NCBI GenBank assembly: GCA_041602695.1
Contig: JBFIFS010000005.1
Span: 503 to 64,502, forward strand
DNA from: Kiritimatiellia bacterium
GTDB lineage: Bacteria > Verrucomicrobiota > Kiritimatiellia > UBA8416 > JBFIFS01
Length of the DNA stretch: 64,000 bases
Direction: 5' to 3'
The notes beneath the pieces were generated by a model. It worked only from the letters and a program-made list of their open reading frames with translations. It was not told the DNA's origin and did not search any database. Of this stretch, positions 8,501 to 18,182 are shown in pieces; position 1 is the first letter of the stretch, and every line of letters begins with the position of its first letter. Made by a program: the position numbers and the translations under genes.

Positions 8501-9685
8501 GTTTCTCCGGACGTACCCTGCTCATACTCCCAGCAGGGCTTTATTTCAAAGGCCATCAAGACCCTCTGGCAGCCACATACGGAAGAGGCGTTGATGGCCT
8601 ATCCAGTGGAGCCGAGGGTGGGGCTCTTCTCGGAGGCCGGAGGGATACTTAAATGCAAGGTCCAGACCGCAAACGGCCAGGGCGGCACGATGGGGCAGAA
8701 CGTGATCGTATCCAGGCTGGCTCCTCCCGTGGGCACGCCTTCCCTACTCAGTCCTGCATCATTTATAATACCGGCAAGCGCGTCAGCCCATTCCCAGCAC
8801 AGTTGGCATCCTGCGCAGGGCAGCTGGCAGGTCAAGCTGGGCCGGGTCTTAAGCCCAACGGTCACCGGCGGAGTGGCTGTCGCGTCTGTCCCGCAGGCCA
8901 TACATGAGAATTGTCAGTACACCGTAAACGCCAGGATCGAAGCCGCGGCACAGAACGACAATATGCCTGAGCTTATCGTCGAGGTATACTCGCCCTTCTG
9001 GAAAAAGACACTTTCGCTGGTAACTGGCACCAGGGGCTCAACAATCGAGTTCGACAAAATAAGGCATACGGGAAAGGCCTTCGCAATCAATCGCGACGCG
9101 TACACCCCGTACAACGAAAGATCACCCAAATGGGACAAAGCATTCAAATCAAACAGGCCGAAGCTGAAAACAAATCAGGCCTATAATATCCAGGTCAGGC
9201 GGGTTGACGGAAGCTTCGCTTACTACATCAACGGCAAGCGCATAGCCACGGTAAACTACCCTGGCATGGCCGGCGACCTGCGCCTGCGCGTTGCCTGCGG
9301 GGGCGGACAAATCAGCCTGGGCACCTCCTCGGCCACAATACTCCCGCGCTCCGTGAAGCTGCCGACTGCAGAGGCGCCCGCTGGCGATTTTGGCTACATC
9401 ATAGCTGTAGATGGAACGCGCCTCTATGTGGACGCTGACGGAAACGGCCTGACCCAGGGGGCCCGGCTGTCTGTGATGAAAATGGTGCCCGGCGAAGGCG
9501 GTGATGTAGTTCTGAAACGAGTTGCGGTCGGGACGGTCTCACAGGCAGGATCACGTGTCGCCAAGTGCGTGCTTACTGCGGCTACCGAACCACCGGAGCC
9601 GGGAATGAAAGTAATGGCCGGGCTCCAGCCCGAAGAACTGAGCCTGACGGCGGCACGCCTTGCTTCTTTAGATGACGGCTTATAA
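5549..9685 (+). CDS. Giant (1378 aa) bitopic envelope protein: N-terminal divergent FHA-like domain, Pro/Lys-rich linker, one TM helix, ~1150-aa extracytoplasmic region
   Basis: Single uninterrupted ORF. FHA-like DMHARITLRRGVWHITDLTTAPDIRVNNSVVKSRRIQHGDVIRIGSTEMQV. TM helix AMLYTLLIAIILLPLVIGGIMVG. Pro-rich PTATPTPAVTTPEPEPVASATPSRTPPPPPS. The C-terminal beta-rich part (..YNIQVRRVDGSFAYYINGKRIATVNYPGMAGDLRLRV..) resembles a ConA/LamG-type jelly roll (inference). Confidence 0.8.
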   Translation: MTDPDKTLALMVTSGADEGKVFVLVEGFLGTGTASAYDLTDASVADMHARITLRRGVWHITDLTTAPDIRVNNSVVKSRRIQHGDVIRIGSTEMQVVAVEDAPDSPSNIESKPKAPTTEDKPASQTMQISVNADAEGWTPGKPKPKPAPKVSKELKTEHRAAGAHPVREIRTAGASSYSRRRPAPQPADTGGSKAMLYTLLIAIILLPLVIGGIMVGNKRSATRALSQALNEAQSFESRHPDRQAEIIEMYRRVEMMATGSNEHTAQLARERIRKLESDSVNQNEALANALEALDSRAGQLADEGRPEEAANVYEEYQGGLREEILSARAQRIRSLRSLPTATPTPAVTTPEPEPVASATPSRTPPPPPSADLKTAEMKVQKIAAAAVDHMIAEDVAAAIEEIERITGDAALSGYTRAAEDALISLKLLQTIDRTAKLDPDKDPANDQDQRPFVRVIYSLRKNDVFAARFLVSDLKGSLLYDELAKRSKMSKEEIARETAVMSEFLKLWSKFTKASVRKIPRPEECVEQLEQVIDSRDEKSVKDFCDSMTKLQKDNATSKFIERYESLFTACQPQSLAAVAESSQVSGIGNAKVVRAGMRKITFEATRTIPDPKDGRVGIFSEKEVFFDPDDDTVVAADIELHTIAEYEKLNDRQGTFELPAAYERPKPVKGDRIFVRSGIKTGSKFVPLIRQQASEAIYTEDFVWKRHGSRWHSHGVNLHMDGRIKISPASDTGRPAGRPNAWFDITLTKPTVIDMVITRENEAPLTIIIGDAQFVLAGSGSRPTGVWNAGHRVNDRKLKSLPLKMPIPVKATWTPLTTSLQIGSEVLSAATDTARNRPAPRLIGFLSRGSFVINKFQISSASGKSNGSVVGVNKAKSAVLVPRGDSEEWKAVKEGDDVFIMNKGSGQRWASTPAKVTRSEEKYLVCALSARAPISSSTAASLTGSSSSAASALASPFALSSSRWAPEVFFGKAKTSASGDIAVSPDVPCSYSQQGFISKAIKTLWQPHTEEALMAYPVEPRVGLFSEAGGILKCKVQTANGQGGTMGQNVIVSRLAPPVGTPSLLSPASFIIPASASAHSQHSWHPAQGSWQVKLGRVLSPTVTGGVAVASVPQAIHENCQYTVNARIEAAAQNDNMPELIVEVYSPFWKKTLSLVTGTRGSTIEFDKIRHTGKAFAINRDAYTPYNERSPKWDKAFKSNRPKLKTNQAYNIQVRRVDGSFAYYINGKRIATVNYPGMAGDLRLRVACGGGQISLGTSSATILPRSVKLPTAEAPAGDFGYIIAVDGTRLYVDADGNGLTQGARLSVMKMVPGEGGDVVLKRVAVGTVSQAGSRVAKCVLTAATEPPEPGMKVMAGLQPEELSLTAARLASLDDGL

Positions 9686-9687
9686 AT

Positions 9688-10302
9688 ATGTGCGTTGAGA
9701 TAAAGATCTGCGGACTCACGACCCTTGAAGACTCTCTTAAGGCGCTCGAACTTGGCGCCGATTACCTCGGATTCAACCTTTACGAAAAATCGCCGCGCTA
9801 TGTAGCCCCCGAAAAACTGGCCGTGCTTATCGCTGCCCTTCCCGCAGGCGTAAAAAGTGTCGGTATCTTCGTCAACGCACCAAATGATGAAATTACTCGA
9901 ATTGCTGAACAGTGCTCACTCTCAATAATACAGATGCACGGCGACGAAGACTTGCGCCAATTGCCGGCCATGCCCCTGCCCGTCTGGAAGGCCGTAAGGG
10001 TGACTCCCAGTGAAACCGAATTACCGGCAGATGCGTCGTCCGCGGAACGCATAGTACTCGATTCTTCTGTCGAAGGACTGTATGGCGGCACTGGCAAACA
10101 AATCGATCTCGAAACGGCAGCAGCCATAGCCGCCAAAACACCGGTCATGCTGGGCGGCGGCATGAGCCCTGAGAACGTCGCTGAAGCCGTGGCGCGCGTA
10201 AAGCCGATCGGGGTCGACGTCGCGAGCGGCGTCGAGTCCGAACCGGGAATCAAGGATCATGCCAAGATGGCCGCATTCATCGAGGCGGCGCGCTCATCCT
10301 GA
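9688..10302 (+). CDS. trpF: Phosphoribosylanthranilate isomerase
   Basis: 204 aa with IKICGLT, ADYLGFNLYEKSPRYV, IQMHGDE, GGTGKQID, GGGMSPENV, GVDVASGVE. The ATG lies 2 nt after the upstream stop. Confidence 0.93.
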   Translation: MCVEIKICGLTTLEDSLKALELGADYLGFNLYEKSPRYVAPEKLAVLIAALPAGVKSVGIFVNAPNDEITRIAEQCSLSIIQMHGDEDLRQLPAMPLPVWKAVRVTPSETELPADASSAERIVLDSSVEGLYGGTGKQIDLETAAAIAAKTPVMLGGGMSPENVAEAVARVKPIGVDVASGVESEPGIKDHAKMAAFIEAARSS

Positions 10303-10354
10303 GCGCGCAATTTGCACCTTGCCCCATCTAATTCGTTTCAGCTAATCTCTGACC

Positions 10355-11533
10355 ATGACAACAGAAGGACATTTCGGCCCATATGGCGGCAGATACGTGG
10401 CAGAAACTTTGATGCCGTCTCTGATCGAGATCGAAAAGGCATACCGTGAAGCCGCGGCTGACCCCTCATTCGTGAACGAGTTTGAGTCTCTGCTGACGGA
10501 ATATGTTGGCCGGCCGTCCCCGCTGTATTTCGCAAAGCGCTACACCGAGTTCTGCGGCGGGGCGAAAATATACCTTAAGCGGGAAGACCTAAACCATACC
10601 GGCGCGCACAAAGTGAATAATACGATCGGCCAGGCGCTGCTCGCCCGGCGCATGGGCAAAAAGAAGCTGATGGCCGAGACCGGCGCAGGCCAGCATGGCG
10701 TAGCAACAGCTACTGCTGCTGCACTGTTCGGCATGGAATGCGATGTTTACATGGGGGAAGAGGACATCGAGAGGCAGGCACCCAATGTGAAACGCATGAA
10801 GCTGCTTGGGGCCAGGGTAGTTCCGGTCTCCAGCGGCACCCGCACCCTCAAGGATGCCATGAGCGAGGCGTTGCGGGCTTGGGTCGCCGAAGTCCGTGAC
10901 ACGTTCTACGTCATTGGAACGGTAGCCGGGCCCCATCCCTACCCCGTCATGGTTAAAGACTTCCAGAGCGTTATAGGGCGCGAAACAGAGAAGCAGATCA
11001 TGGAAAAAGAGGGGCGGCTTCCGGATATAGTTGTTGCCTGCGTAGGCGGCGGCAGCAATGCGGCAGGCATATTCGCACCTTTCATTGGCAAGGCGGGCAC
11101 AAAGCTCGTCGGCGTCGAGGCAGCAGGGCTCGGCCTTGAAACAGGAAAGCATGCTGCCAGCCTCATAGGCGGCAGCCCCGGGATCCTCCATGGAGCAAAG
11201 ACTTACATCCTTCAAAACGACGACGGCCAGATCCTTAACGCCCATTCCATAAGCGCCGGCCTGGACTATCCCGGCGTCGGTCCAGAACACGCGATATGGA
11301 AAGACGACAACAGCGTCGAGTACTGTGCGGTGACGGACGAAGAAGCGCTTGAATCCTTCTACGACCTGACAAAACAGGAAGGCATCATCCCTGCACTGGA
11401 GTCATCCCACGCACTGGCCGAAACCAGGAAGCGCGCCTCCCGGCTCGCAGCGGACAAGATAATAGTCGTCAATCTTTCTGGCCGGGGCGACAAGGACGTG
11501 GACAGCGTCCTGGGTATGGAGAAACAGCCATGA
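10355..11533 (+). CDS. trpB: Tryptophan synthase beta chain
   Basis: 392 aa with [32 protein letters not shown] (PLP lysine), [20 protein letters not shown]. Confidence 0.97.
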   Translation: MTTEGHFGPYGGRYVAETLMPSLIEIEKAYREAAADPSFVNEFESLLTEYVGRPSPLYFAKRYTEFCGGAKIYLKREDLNHTGAHKVNNTIGQALLARRMGKKKLMAETGAGQHGVATATAAALFGMECDVYMGEEDIERQAPNVKRMKLLGARVVPVSSGTRTLKDAMSEALRAWVAEVRDTFYVIGTVAGPHPYPVMVKDFQSVIGRETEKQIMEKEGRLPDIVVACVGGGSNAAGIFAPFIGKAGTKLVGVEAAGLGLETGKHAASLIGGSPGILHGAKTYILQNDDGQILNAHSISAGLDYPGVGPEHAIWKDDNSVEYCAVTDEEALESFYDLTKQEGIIPALESSHALAETRKRASRLAADKIIVVNLSGRGDKDVDSVLGMEKQP

Positions 11534-12306
11534 TCGACCGAATCGACCGCACCTTCGCCGCTTTGAAGAAACAGGGCCGCCCCGGACTCGTCGGCTACCT
11601 GACGGCTGGCGACCCCGATTACGATACGTCCCTCCGGAACATTCTCGCCGGCATCGATGCGGGCATCGATGTCCTGGAGCTCGGCGTCCCTTTCTCGGAC
11701 CCGACAGCAGACGGCCCGGTGATACAAACGGCCTCACAGAGGGCACTCGCCGCCGGAATGTCCGTGGCCAAGTCGCTTAACCTGGTAGAGGACATTCGCA
11801 AAAAGGCTGACATACCGATAATCATGTTCGGCTACGCGAACCCCTTCTTTCACTACGGCTATGAGAAGATCGCGCAAGATGCGGCATCGGCGGGGGCGGA
11901 CGGCATGCTCATCGTCGACCTCCCCTTTGAAGAGACGGGTGAAGCCCGGTCCTATCTTGACGCCAACGACCTCGCACTTATCCCGCTCGTTGCGCCCACA
12001 ACGCCGCCTGAACGGCTTAACATGATTCTCGATGGGGCGAAGGGCTTCATATACTACATCATGGTCACGGGAGTAACGGGCCAGCGGACCGATGTCGCAG
12101 CTGACGTAAAGGAGCACGTTGCAGAAATAAAGAAAGCTTCCGGACTTCCAATTGCAGCCGGATTCGGCATAAGCAATGGCGCTCAGGCTGCGAAGGCTGC
12201 TGCCGCCGCCGATGCTATAGTTGTGGGAAGCGCCCTCGTCGCGGCGGCCCGGGACGATATGCTTTCGCCTCTCGTCAAAGAAATAAGCGCTGCCCTCGGC
12301 AGCTGA
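11530..12306 (+). CDS. trpA: Tryptophan synthase alpha chain
   Basis: 258 aa with [48 protein letters not shown] overlap with trpB. Confidence 0.95.
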   Translation: MIDRIDRTFAALKKQGRPGLVGYLTAGDPDYDTSLRNILAGIDAGIDVLELGVPFSDPTADGPVIQTASQRALAAGMSVAKSLNLVEDIRKKADIPIIMFGYANPFFHYGYEKIAQDAASAGADGMLIVDLPFEETGEARSYLDANDLALIPLVAPTTPPERLNMILDGAKGFIYYIMVTGVTGQRTDVAADVKEHVAEIKKASGLPIAAGFGISNGAQAAKAAAAADAIVVGSALVAAARDDMLSPLVKEISAALGS

Positions 12307-12320
12307 GCCACAGGAGCACT

Positions 12321-13403
12321 ATGAGCGATCCCCGAGTAAAGAAACTTGGCATGCTGCTGGTCAAATACAGCGTCAAGGCACAAAAAGGTGAGAACGTCGC
12401 CATTAACGCTTCGCCCACTGCCACACCCCTGGTCGAAGCCATATATGAGGAGGTACTGAAAGCCGGCGCCGTACCGGTGCTGCGCATGGCGCCAGACTCT
12501 CTAAACGAAATCTTCTACAAGAACGCCAAAAGGCACCACTTGACAGAACTGAGCCCCTACTCCATGGCTTACGCCAGGATGATGGACTGCTTCATTAACG
12601 TCTATTCCGCCGAGAACACCAAGGCGCTCACAGGCATCAACCCGAAGAAACAGGTCTTGCGCGCGAAGGCCAACCAGCCGTTATCTAAAATCATCTCCAA
12701 GAAACGATGGAACATCACCCTGTTTCCGTCAAATGCCTACGCGCAGGAGGCCGAGATGAGCCTCTCTGAATTCGAGGACTTCGTTTACGCTGCCACCTTC
12801 TGCGACCGGAAAGATCCCCTCGCGGCATGGCGAAAGGTCCACAACGACCAGGCAAAACTCATCTCGAAACTCAAAGGAGCGGACGAGATTCGCATTGTCG
12901 GCCCGGACACCGACCTGACGCTTTCGGTCAAAGGCAGGACATTTGTCAATTCGGACGGCCAGCGAAACATGCCAAGCGGCGAAATCTTCACCGGACCCGT
13001 CGAGAACTCCGCAGACGGCCACATAACCTTCGACTTCCCTATCTGCTATCAGGGACGGGAGATCGACGGAGTAAGGCTGGTCTTCCGGAAAGGGCGGGCA
13101 GTTGATATCTCAGCAGAGAAGAACGAACCGTTCCTTAAGAGCATGCTTGCCGCAGACCCGGGAGCGACGCGGCTTGGCGAGCTTGGGATAGGCACGAACA
13201 GGGGCATCGACAGGTTCATAAAGATGATTCTTTTCGACGAGAAAATCGGCGGCACGATCCACCTTGCGCTCGGTCGCTCCCTGGAAGGCACCGGGGGACG
13301 GAACAAGTCGGCTATTCACTGGGACATGATAAAAGATCTCCGCAAGGGCGGCGCTATATATGTCGACGGCAAGCTGTTCCAGAAAGACGGCAGGTTCAAG
13401 TAG
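12321..13403 (+). CDS. Aminopeptidase, M29 (AmpS/PepS) family
   Basis: 360 aa; overall pattern LVKYSVKAQKGENV..., SGEIFTGPVENSADGHITFD, GELGIGTN, TIHLALG matches thermophilic-type M29 aminopeptidases. Confidence 0.8.
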   Translation: MSDPRVKKLGMLLVKYSVKAQKGENVAINASPTATPLVEAIYEEVLKAGAVPVLRMAPDSLNEIFYKNAKRHHLTELSPYSMAYARMMDCFINVYSAENTKALTGINPKKQVLRAKANQPLSKIISKKRWNITLFPSNAYAQEAEMSLSEFEDFVYAATFCDRKDPLAAWRKVHNDQAKLISKLKGADEIRIVGPDTDLTLSVKGRTFVNSDGQRNMPSGEIFTGPVENSADGHITFDFPICYQGREIDGVRLVFRKGRAVDISAEKNEPFLKSMLAADPGATRLGELGIGTNRGIDRFIKMILFDEKIGGTIHLALGRSLEGTGGRNKSAIHWDMIKDLRKGGAIYVDGKLFQKDGRFK

Positions 13404-13413
13404 CCGCACCCGA

Positions 13414-14904
13414 TCAGGAACGGTAGTTCGGGGCTTCCTTCATGATCTTGATGTCATGGGGATGCCCTTCCTGGAGCCCGGACAGTGAAAGCCTTACAAA
13501 CCTGCCTTTTCTCTGGAGCTCCTCGATCGTCCTGGATCCTGAATACCCAAGCGACGATCTCAGGCCGCCGCAGAACTGGGTCATGACCTTCTTGACATTT
13601 CCTGCGTACGGCACGATCCCTTCAATGCCCTGAGGAACAAGGTCTTCTTCCTTGGTATGGCTCTGGGCATAGCGCTCACGGCTGCCCTTGCCCTTTTTCA
13701 TTGCGGCCATGCTGCCCATTCCGCGATAAACCACATACTGTCGGCCCTGATGTATGATCTTCTCCCCCGGACTCTCTTCCGTACCAGCCAGGACTGAGCC
13801 GAGCATTACCGTGTCCGCCCCCGCAACCAGGGCCTTCGGCACATCACCCGAGGCCCTGACTCCGCCATCGGCTATTATCGGGATGCTGTCCTCAAGAGCC
13901 TTACGGCATTCATATATTGCTGTTATCTGGGGAATCCCGACACCACACACCACGCGTGTCGTGCAGATCGAGCCGGGCCCTATGCCGACTTTCACTGCGT
14001 GAGCGCCAGCGTCACGCAGGGCCACTGCACCCTCGGCAGTCCCAACGTTTCCGCCTATCACATCAATATCGGGGTACCGCTTGGCAAGCCACTTCACCAT
14101 ATCGATGATGCCCTTGGTATGACCATGCGCGCTGTCCACTGTTATAACATCGACCTCGGCACCGGCAAGCGCTTCCGCCCTGGCATGGTCGTTGGCGCTG
14201 ACTGCGGCGCCGACGCGCAGCCGATACTTGTTGTCCCTGTTGTATAGAGGGTGAACATTTTCTACCAGCGCCTTAACGTCACTGAGACTGTACAGACCGA
14301 CCAGCTTGCCCTTTTTGACGAGCGGCAGCTTGCCGATCTTGTTCGTCATCATGATCTCGTAAGCTTCTTCCAGGTCAGTGCCCTCTTTCGCGGTGACAAC
14401 CTTATCAGTCATCACTTCGGACACCTTGACCCGCCTGTCCCTCGCAAACTTGATATCAACCGAAGTCAGAATGCCGGCGAGCTTGTCTTTCTCGTCCAGG
14501 ATGGGAAAACCGGTAAAGCTGTAGCCGCGCGACTCTTTGCGCTCCAGCACCGACTCGATGGTATCGGTTGTCCTGAAAACGATTGGATCCCGTATGAGCC
14601 CATGCAGATGGTGTTTTACCGTCTGGATCTGCGCTTCCTGTTCTTCAACAGAAAGGTTCTTGTGAATAATGCCTATACCGCCGAGAAGGGCCATGGCTAC
14701 AGCCATGTCGGCTTCAGAGACGGTATCCATCGCCGCGCTGACAAATGGAATGTTTACAGACGTCCGTGACGTGAGTTTCGAGCGAATATCAGTATCATCA
14801 GGAAGGAAATCCGCATACTGCGTAATAAGCGAGACATCATCAAAAGTCAGCCCCTCATTCGGGAAGCTCGACATGAATTCTTCAATAAAGCTGTTAATGT
14901 GCAT
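13414..14904 (-). CDS. guaB: IMP dehydrogenase (with CBS pair)
   Basis: ORF 13414..14979 with [11 protein letters not shown] region, [11 protein letters not shown] (catalytic Cys loop), [16 protein letters not shown]. Start trimmed to ATG 14904 ([10 protein letters not shown]...); ATG 14874 is also possible. Confidence 0.95.
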   Translation of the reverse strand: MHINSFIEEFMSSFPNEGLTFDDVSLITQYADFLPDDTDIRSKLTSRTSVNIPFVSAAMDTVSEADMAVAMALLGGIGIIHKNLSVEEQEAQIQTVKHHLHGLIRDPIVFRTTDTIESVLERKESRGYSFTGFPILDEKDKLAGILTSVDIKFARDRRVKVSEVMTDKVVTAKEGTDLEEAYEIMMTNKIGKLPLVKKGKLVGLYSLSDVKALVENVHPLYNRDNKYRLRVGAAVSANDHARAEALAGAEVDVITVDSAHGHTKGIIDMVKWLAKRYPDIDVIGGNVGTAEGAVALRDAGAHAVKVGIGPGSICTTRVVCGVGIPQITAIYECRKALEDSIPIIADGGVRASGDVPKALVAGADTVMLGSVLAGTEESPGEKIIHQGRQYVVYRGMGSMAAMKKGKGSRERYAQSHTKEEDLVPQGIEGIVPYAGNVKKVMTQFCGGLRSSLGYSGSRTIEELQRKGRFVRLSLSGLQEGHPHDIKIMKEAPNYRS

Positions 14905-15086
14905 CTGTACCTCCAAAACACACCGCCTTGCTGTGCATCTTGCCCATAGGCTTTTACACCCCGACGCTGCCCGAGTCAAGCAGAATGAGCCTTCCTGCCT
15001 CTATTTTCGCAAAAAAGATATACAAAACTGCATTTGTAGGGCTTTGCCTGACAGACAGACCAGGAATAGCGCGCTAGGCTTGTGGC

Positions 15087-16550
15087 ATGCAAATAGCAGT
15101 TGTATCAGATATACACGCGAACCTGCAGGCTTGGAACGCCGTCCTGCTGGACATACGGAGCCTCGACATGGACTCCATTCTCTGCCTTGGTGATATCATA
15201 GGCTACGGACCTAATCCGGCCGAAGTCTTGAGTTCAGTTCACACAAACGTCCAGCACCTGGTGCTTGGCAACCACGATGCTGTGGTTTGCGGCAAGCTCA
15301 ATCCGGAACTCTTCCACGACAGTGCGGCAGAGCTGATACGCTGGACGCAGACCAGGCTGAACAACAAGGCTGTCAGGTTCCTCGGAAGCCTTCCTTTGTC
15401 GATTGCATGCGAGCATTTCAGGTGCTGTCACGGCGACATGTCGGACCCGGCGGCCTTCAACTACATAGCGCAGCCCGAGGACGCCCCTGCATCCTGGCAT
15501 GCGGCCGAAGGCAACCTCTTCTTTGTCGGGCACACGCACGAGCCTGCTATATTTATATTAGGCGAAAGCGGCATACCGCGTACCGTTGAGCCCCAGGATT
15601 TCATTGTCGAGGAGCACCGCCGCTACATCGTGAACCCCGGATCGGTAGGCCAACCTCGTGACGAAACCGCGCTGGCTTCTTACTGCATATATGAAACGGA
15701 GACCAAATCAGTCTATTGGCGCAGGGTCCCATTCGATCTCGATCAATACATGAGTTCAGTGCGGGCCGAGGGGTTGGATGAAAGCGTCAACTGCTTTATG
15801 GATCATGACCCGCGAGCTGGAGTCGGGGCCGCAAGGGAATACACTGACTTCTCGCCGCCTCGCTATGAGGCGGACAAAGCGGCCGGAGCCCAGGTCGTGC
15901 AGCAGCTGGACCTGCTCGCAAGCAACGCGCGACGCTGGCGCTCGTCTTTCCGGGCGGCGCTGGCAATACTCGCCCTGCTGGTCGGGACATTGACAACGGC
16001 CCTGTTCCTCAGCTGCACGCGCCAGCTCGAGCTGCCTGCAAACGGCACACCGACAGGCCACGGAGCGACACTGGCCTCCCTCGGAATGCAGGCCCATCCG
16101 GCCCTCCCCCTGTCTGATTTCAACGTTACGCTTGGGAACAGACGCCGCCAAAGCCTGAAGGTAACGGAAAACGGAAGTCGATACGTACTTAATGCATCCT
16201 CCTCATCCTATGATCCTATCGTCCTTCAAACACCTGAAATACCGGTCAAACCGGGCACTCGGCTCTTACTGGAAGCACTCGTCAGAAAAGGCCCGGTTTA
16301 TGACGGCAGCGAATGCGTTTTTATCTCGCTTACCAGAAGAATGGGCGGCGAAGCGGAGCGGACACCTCGTTTTCTTGTGAAGGAACCGAACATGAAGCGC
16401 CAGGGGGGCTATCTGCTGGCCAAACAAACATTCGAAGTTCCAGCGAATACCAGCCACATCTCACTGGGCATGGAACTTAATTTCAAGGGAGACCTCGAAA
16501 TTGCCGAAATACTTCTGGTAAAGAAAGATGGTCGGGGCGGTGGGATTTGA
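15087..16550 (+). CDS. Metallophosphoesterase (YfcE/MJ0936-like) fused to a TM helix and a C-terminal beta-rich domain
   Basis: 487 aa with [35 protein letters not shown] helix [18 protein letters not shown] at about residue 290, then a ~170-aa domain (..[42 protein letters not shown]) that looks like a CBM/galactose-binding-type sandwich (inference). Confidence 0.82.
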   Translation: MQIAVVSDIHANLQAWNAVLLDIRSLDMDSILCLGDIIGYGPNPAEVLSSVHTNVQHLVLGNHDAVVCGKLNPELFHDSAAELIRWTQTRLNNKAVRFLGSLPLSIACEHFRCCHGDMSDPAAFNYIAQPEDAPASWHAAEGNLFFVGHTHEPAIFILGESGIPRTVEPQDFIVEEHRRYIVNPGSVGQPRDETALASYCIYETETKSVYWRRVPFDLDQYMSSVRAEGLDESVNCFMDHDPRAGVGAAREYTDFSPPRYEADKAAGAQVVQQLDLLASNARRWRSSFRAALAILALLVGTLTTALFLSCTRQLELPANGTPTGHGATLASLGMQAHPALPLSDFNVTLGNRRRQSLKVTENGSRYVLNASSSSYDPIVLQTPEIPVKPGTRLLLEALVRKGPVYDGSECVFISLTRRMGGEAERTPRFLVKEPNMKRQGGYLLAKQTFEVPANTSHISLGMELNFKGDLEIAEILLVKKDGRGGGI

Positions 16551-16605
16551 ACCCACGACTTCAACGTCCCGAACGTTGCGCGCTACCAGGCTGCGCTACG
16601 CCCCG
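16529..16605 (-). tRNA. tRNA-Pro (anticodon CGG), CCA encoded
   Basis: The reverse complement folds as acceptor CGGGGCG/CGCCCCG, D arm GCGC-AGCCTGGTA-GCGC, anticodon stem CAACG/CGTTG with loop TTCGGGA, T arm GTGGG-TTCAAAT-CCCAC, discriminator A, CCA. Confidence 0.93.
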
Positions 16606-16775
16606 ATAAAAGAAGAGGTACTCTACAGAAAAGAGGGCCTCTGTCAAAGCCATTTCATTAGATGATTCGCCCTGGCCAAAAAACAATTTCTCAAATTTGA
16701 GCTTTTTTTCTTCACTGACTGATCGATTCGTATATACTCCGGTTTTTCTGAGTCTTTTTTGAGTTGAGATAGGCT

Positions 16776-17381
16776 ATGTCGCAAACAGTTATTGAATACC
16801 TGCTCCTGATACTTGGGGCTGTACTGGTCAACAATTTCGTTCTTACCCGATTCCTCGGGATCTGCCCCTTCCTCGGCGTATCCAAGAAGATTTCAACGGC
16901 ATTGGGCATGTGCGGAGCGGTGATATTCGTAATGACCCTTGCTTCGGCCGTAACATGGCCCGTGTATTACTATGTACTCCACCAGGACGGCGTCTTCGGC
17001 AAAGACCTGACCTACCTGATAACCATTGTATTTATTCTCGTGATCGCTTCGTTCGTACAGTTGGTCGATATCGCGATGAAGAAGTTCAGCCCCAAACTCC
17101 ATGGCGCACTGGGCATATTCCTCCCCCTTATCACCACCAATTGTGCCGTGCTTGGCGTATCGGTCCTCAACATCCAGCTGAAATACGGATTCTTAAAATC
17201 AACCGTGTTCGGCTTCGCGGCCTCACTCGGGTTTTCGGTAGCGCTCCTCATATTTACTGGTCTACGGGAAAAGATAGACAGGGCAAACCCGCCGCGCGCC
17301 TTCCAGGGCGTGGCAATAGCTCTTGTCACGGCAGGGCTCCTCAGCCTCGCTTTCATGGGTTTCGCATCATTGGTTAAGTAA
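16776..17381 (+). CDS. rnfA: Rnf complex subunit A
   Basis: 201 aa, six-TM, N-terminus IEYLLLILGAVLVNNFVLTRFLGICPFLGVS typical of RnfA/NqrE. Confidence 0.93.
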   Translation: MSQTVIEYLLLILGAVLVNNFVLTRFLGICPFLGVSKKISTALGMCGAVIFVMTLASAVTWPVYYYVLHQDGVFGKDLTYLITIVFILVIASFVQLVDIAMKKFSPKLHGALGIFLPLITTNCAVLGVSVLNIQLKYGFLKSTVFGFAASLGFSVALLIFTGLREKIDRANPPRAFQGVAIALVTAGLLSLAFMGFASLVK

Positions 17382-17384
17382 AGT

Positions 17385-18182
17385 ATGACTCTCGTAACAA
17401 GCATTCTTATGACAAGCGGCGCGGTAGCGGGTGTAGGCCTGGCCTGCGGCATTGCGCTGGCTATGGCCGCTAAGTACCTGGCAGTGAAAGAGGACCCCCG
17501 AATCGGCGACGTTACAGAACTGCTGCCCGGCGCAAATTGCGGAGGCTGCGGTTACGCGGGCTGTGCCGATTATGCCAAAGCGGTGGTGATTGATGATGTT
17601 TCGATTAACCTCTGCGCCCCGGGAGCGCAGTCGGTAATCGATGACCTTGCGAAATACCTCGGAAAAGCATCCGAACAGGCAGAAAAGACGGTTGCCAAGG
17701 TAATGTGCGGCGGAAACAGCGATCAGGCCCCTCGTAAGTTCCTGTACAACGGAGTAGCCGATTGCGGCGCGGCCCACGCGGTGGGCGGCGGCGACAAGTC
17801 CTGCCGCTACGGCTGCCTTGGTTATGGCTCCTGCTCCCGGATCTGCCCGGTGAGCGCAATTGAAATCACTGACACCAACATAGCGGTTGTTCATCCCGCG
17901 CTCTGTATAGGCTGCGGTGCCTGCGTAAGGACCTGTCCCCGCGCCCTGATCAAGATGATACCGGCATCAAGATCCATTCACGTTATGTGCAGCTCCAAGG
18001 ACAAAGGGCCCGTAGTCAAGAAGGCATGTAAAGTCGGATGCATCGGATGCACTGTCTGCACAAAGCTCGCCGACGGCGCCATAAACATGGAGGGCCCTCT
18101 GGCGATCGTAGACTACTCCAAAGACCTGGACAACGAGGCAGTTGTAGAGAAATGCCCGGGAAAATGTATCGTTAAAGAATGA
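17385..18182 (+). CDS. rnfB: Rnf complex subunit B (polyferredoxin)
   Basis: 265 aa with an N-terminal TM helix, LPGANCGGCGYAGCADYA motif and ferredoxin-type Cys clusters (CIGCGACVRTCP, CIGCTVCTKL). Confidence 0.9.
   Translation: MTLVTSILMTSGAVAGVGLACGIALAMAAKYLAVKEDPRIGDVTELLPGANCGGCGYAGCADYAKAVVIDDVSINLCAPGAQSVIDDLAKYLGKASEQAEKTVAKVMCGGNSDQAPRKFLYNGVADCGAAHAVGGGDKSCRYGCLGYGSCSRICPVSAIEITDTNIAVVHPALCIGCGACVRTCPRALIKMIPASRSIHVMCSSKDKGPVVKKACKVGCIGCTVCTKLADGAINMEGPLAIVDYSKDLDNEAVVEKCPGKCIVKE

Noticed and set aside
5549-9685. Interpreting the FHA-TM giant protein as a T3SS (YscD/CdsD-like) or T6SS (TagH-like) component.
   Set aside because: No other secretion-system genes are in the 64 kb, and the FHA residues are degenerate. 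The resemblance is kept only as an architectural analogy.
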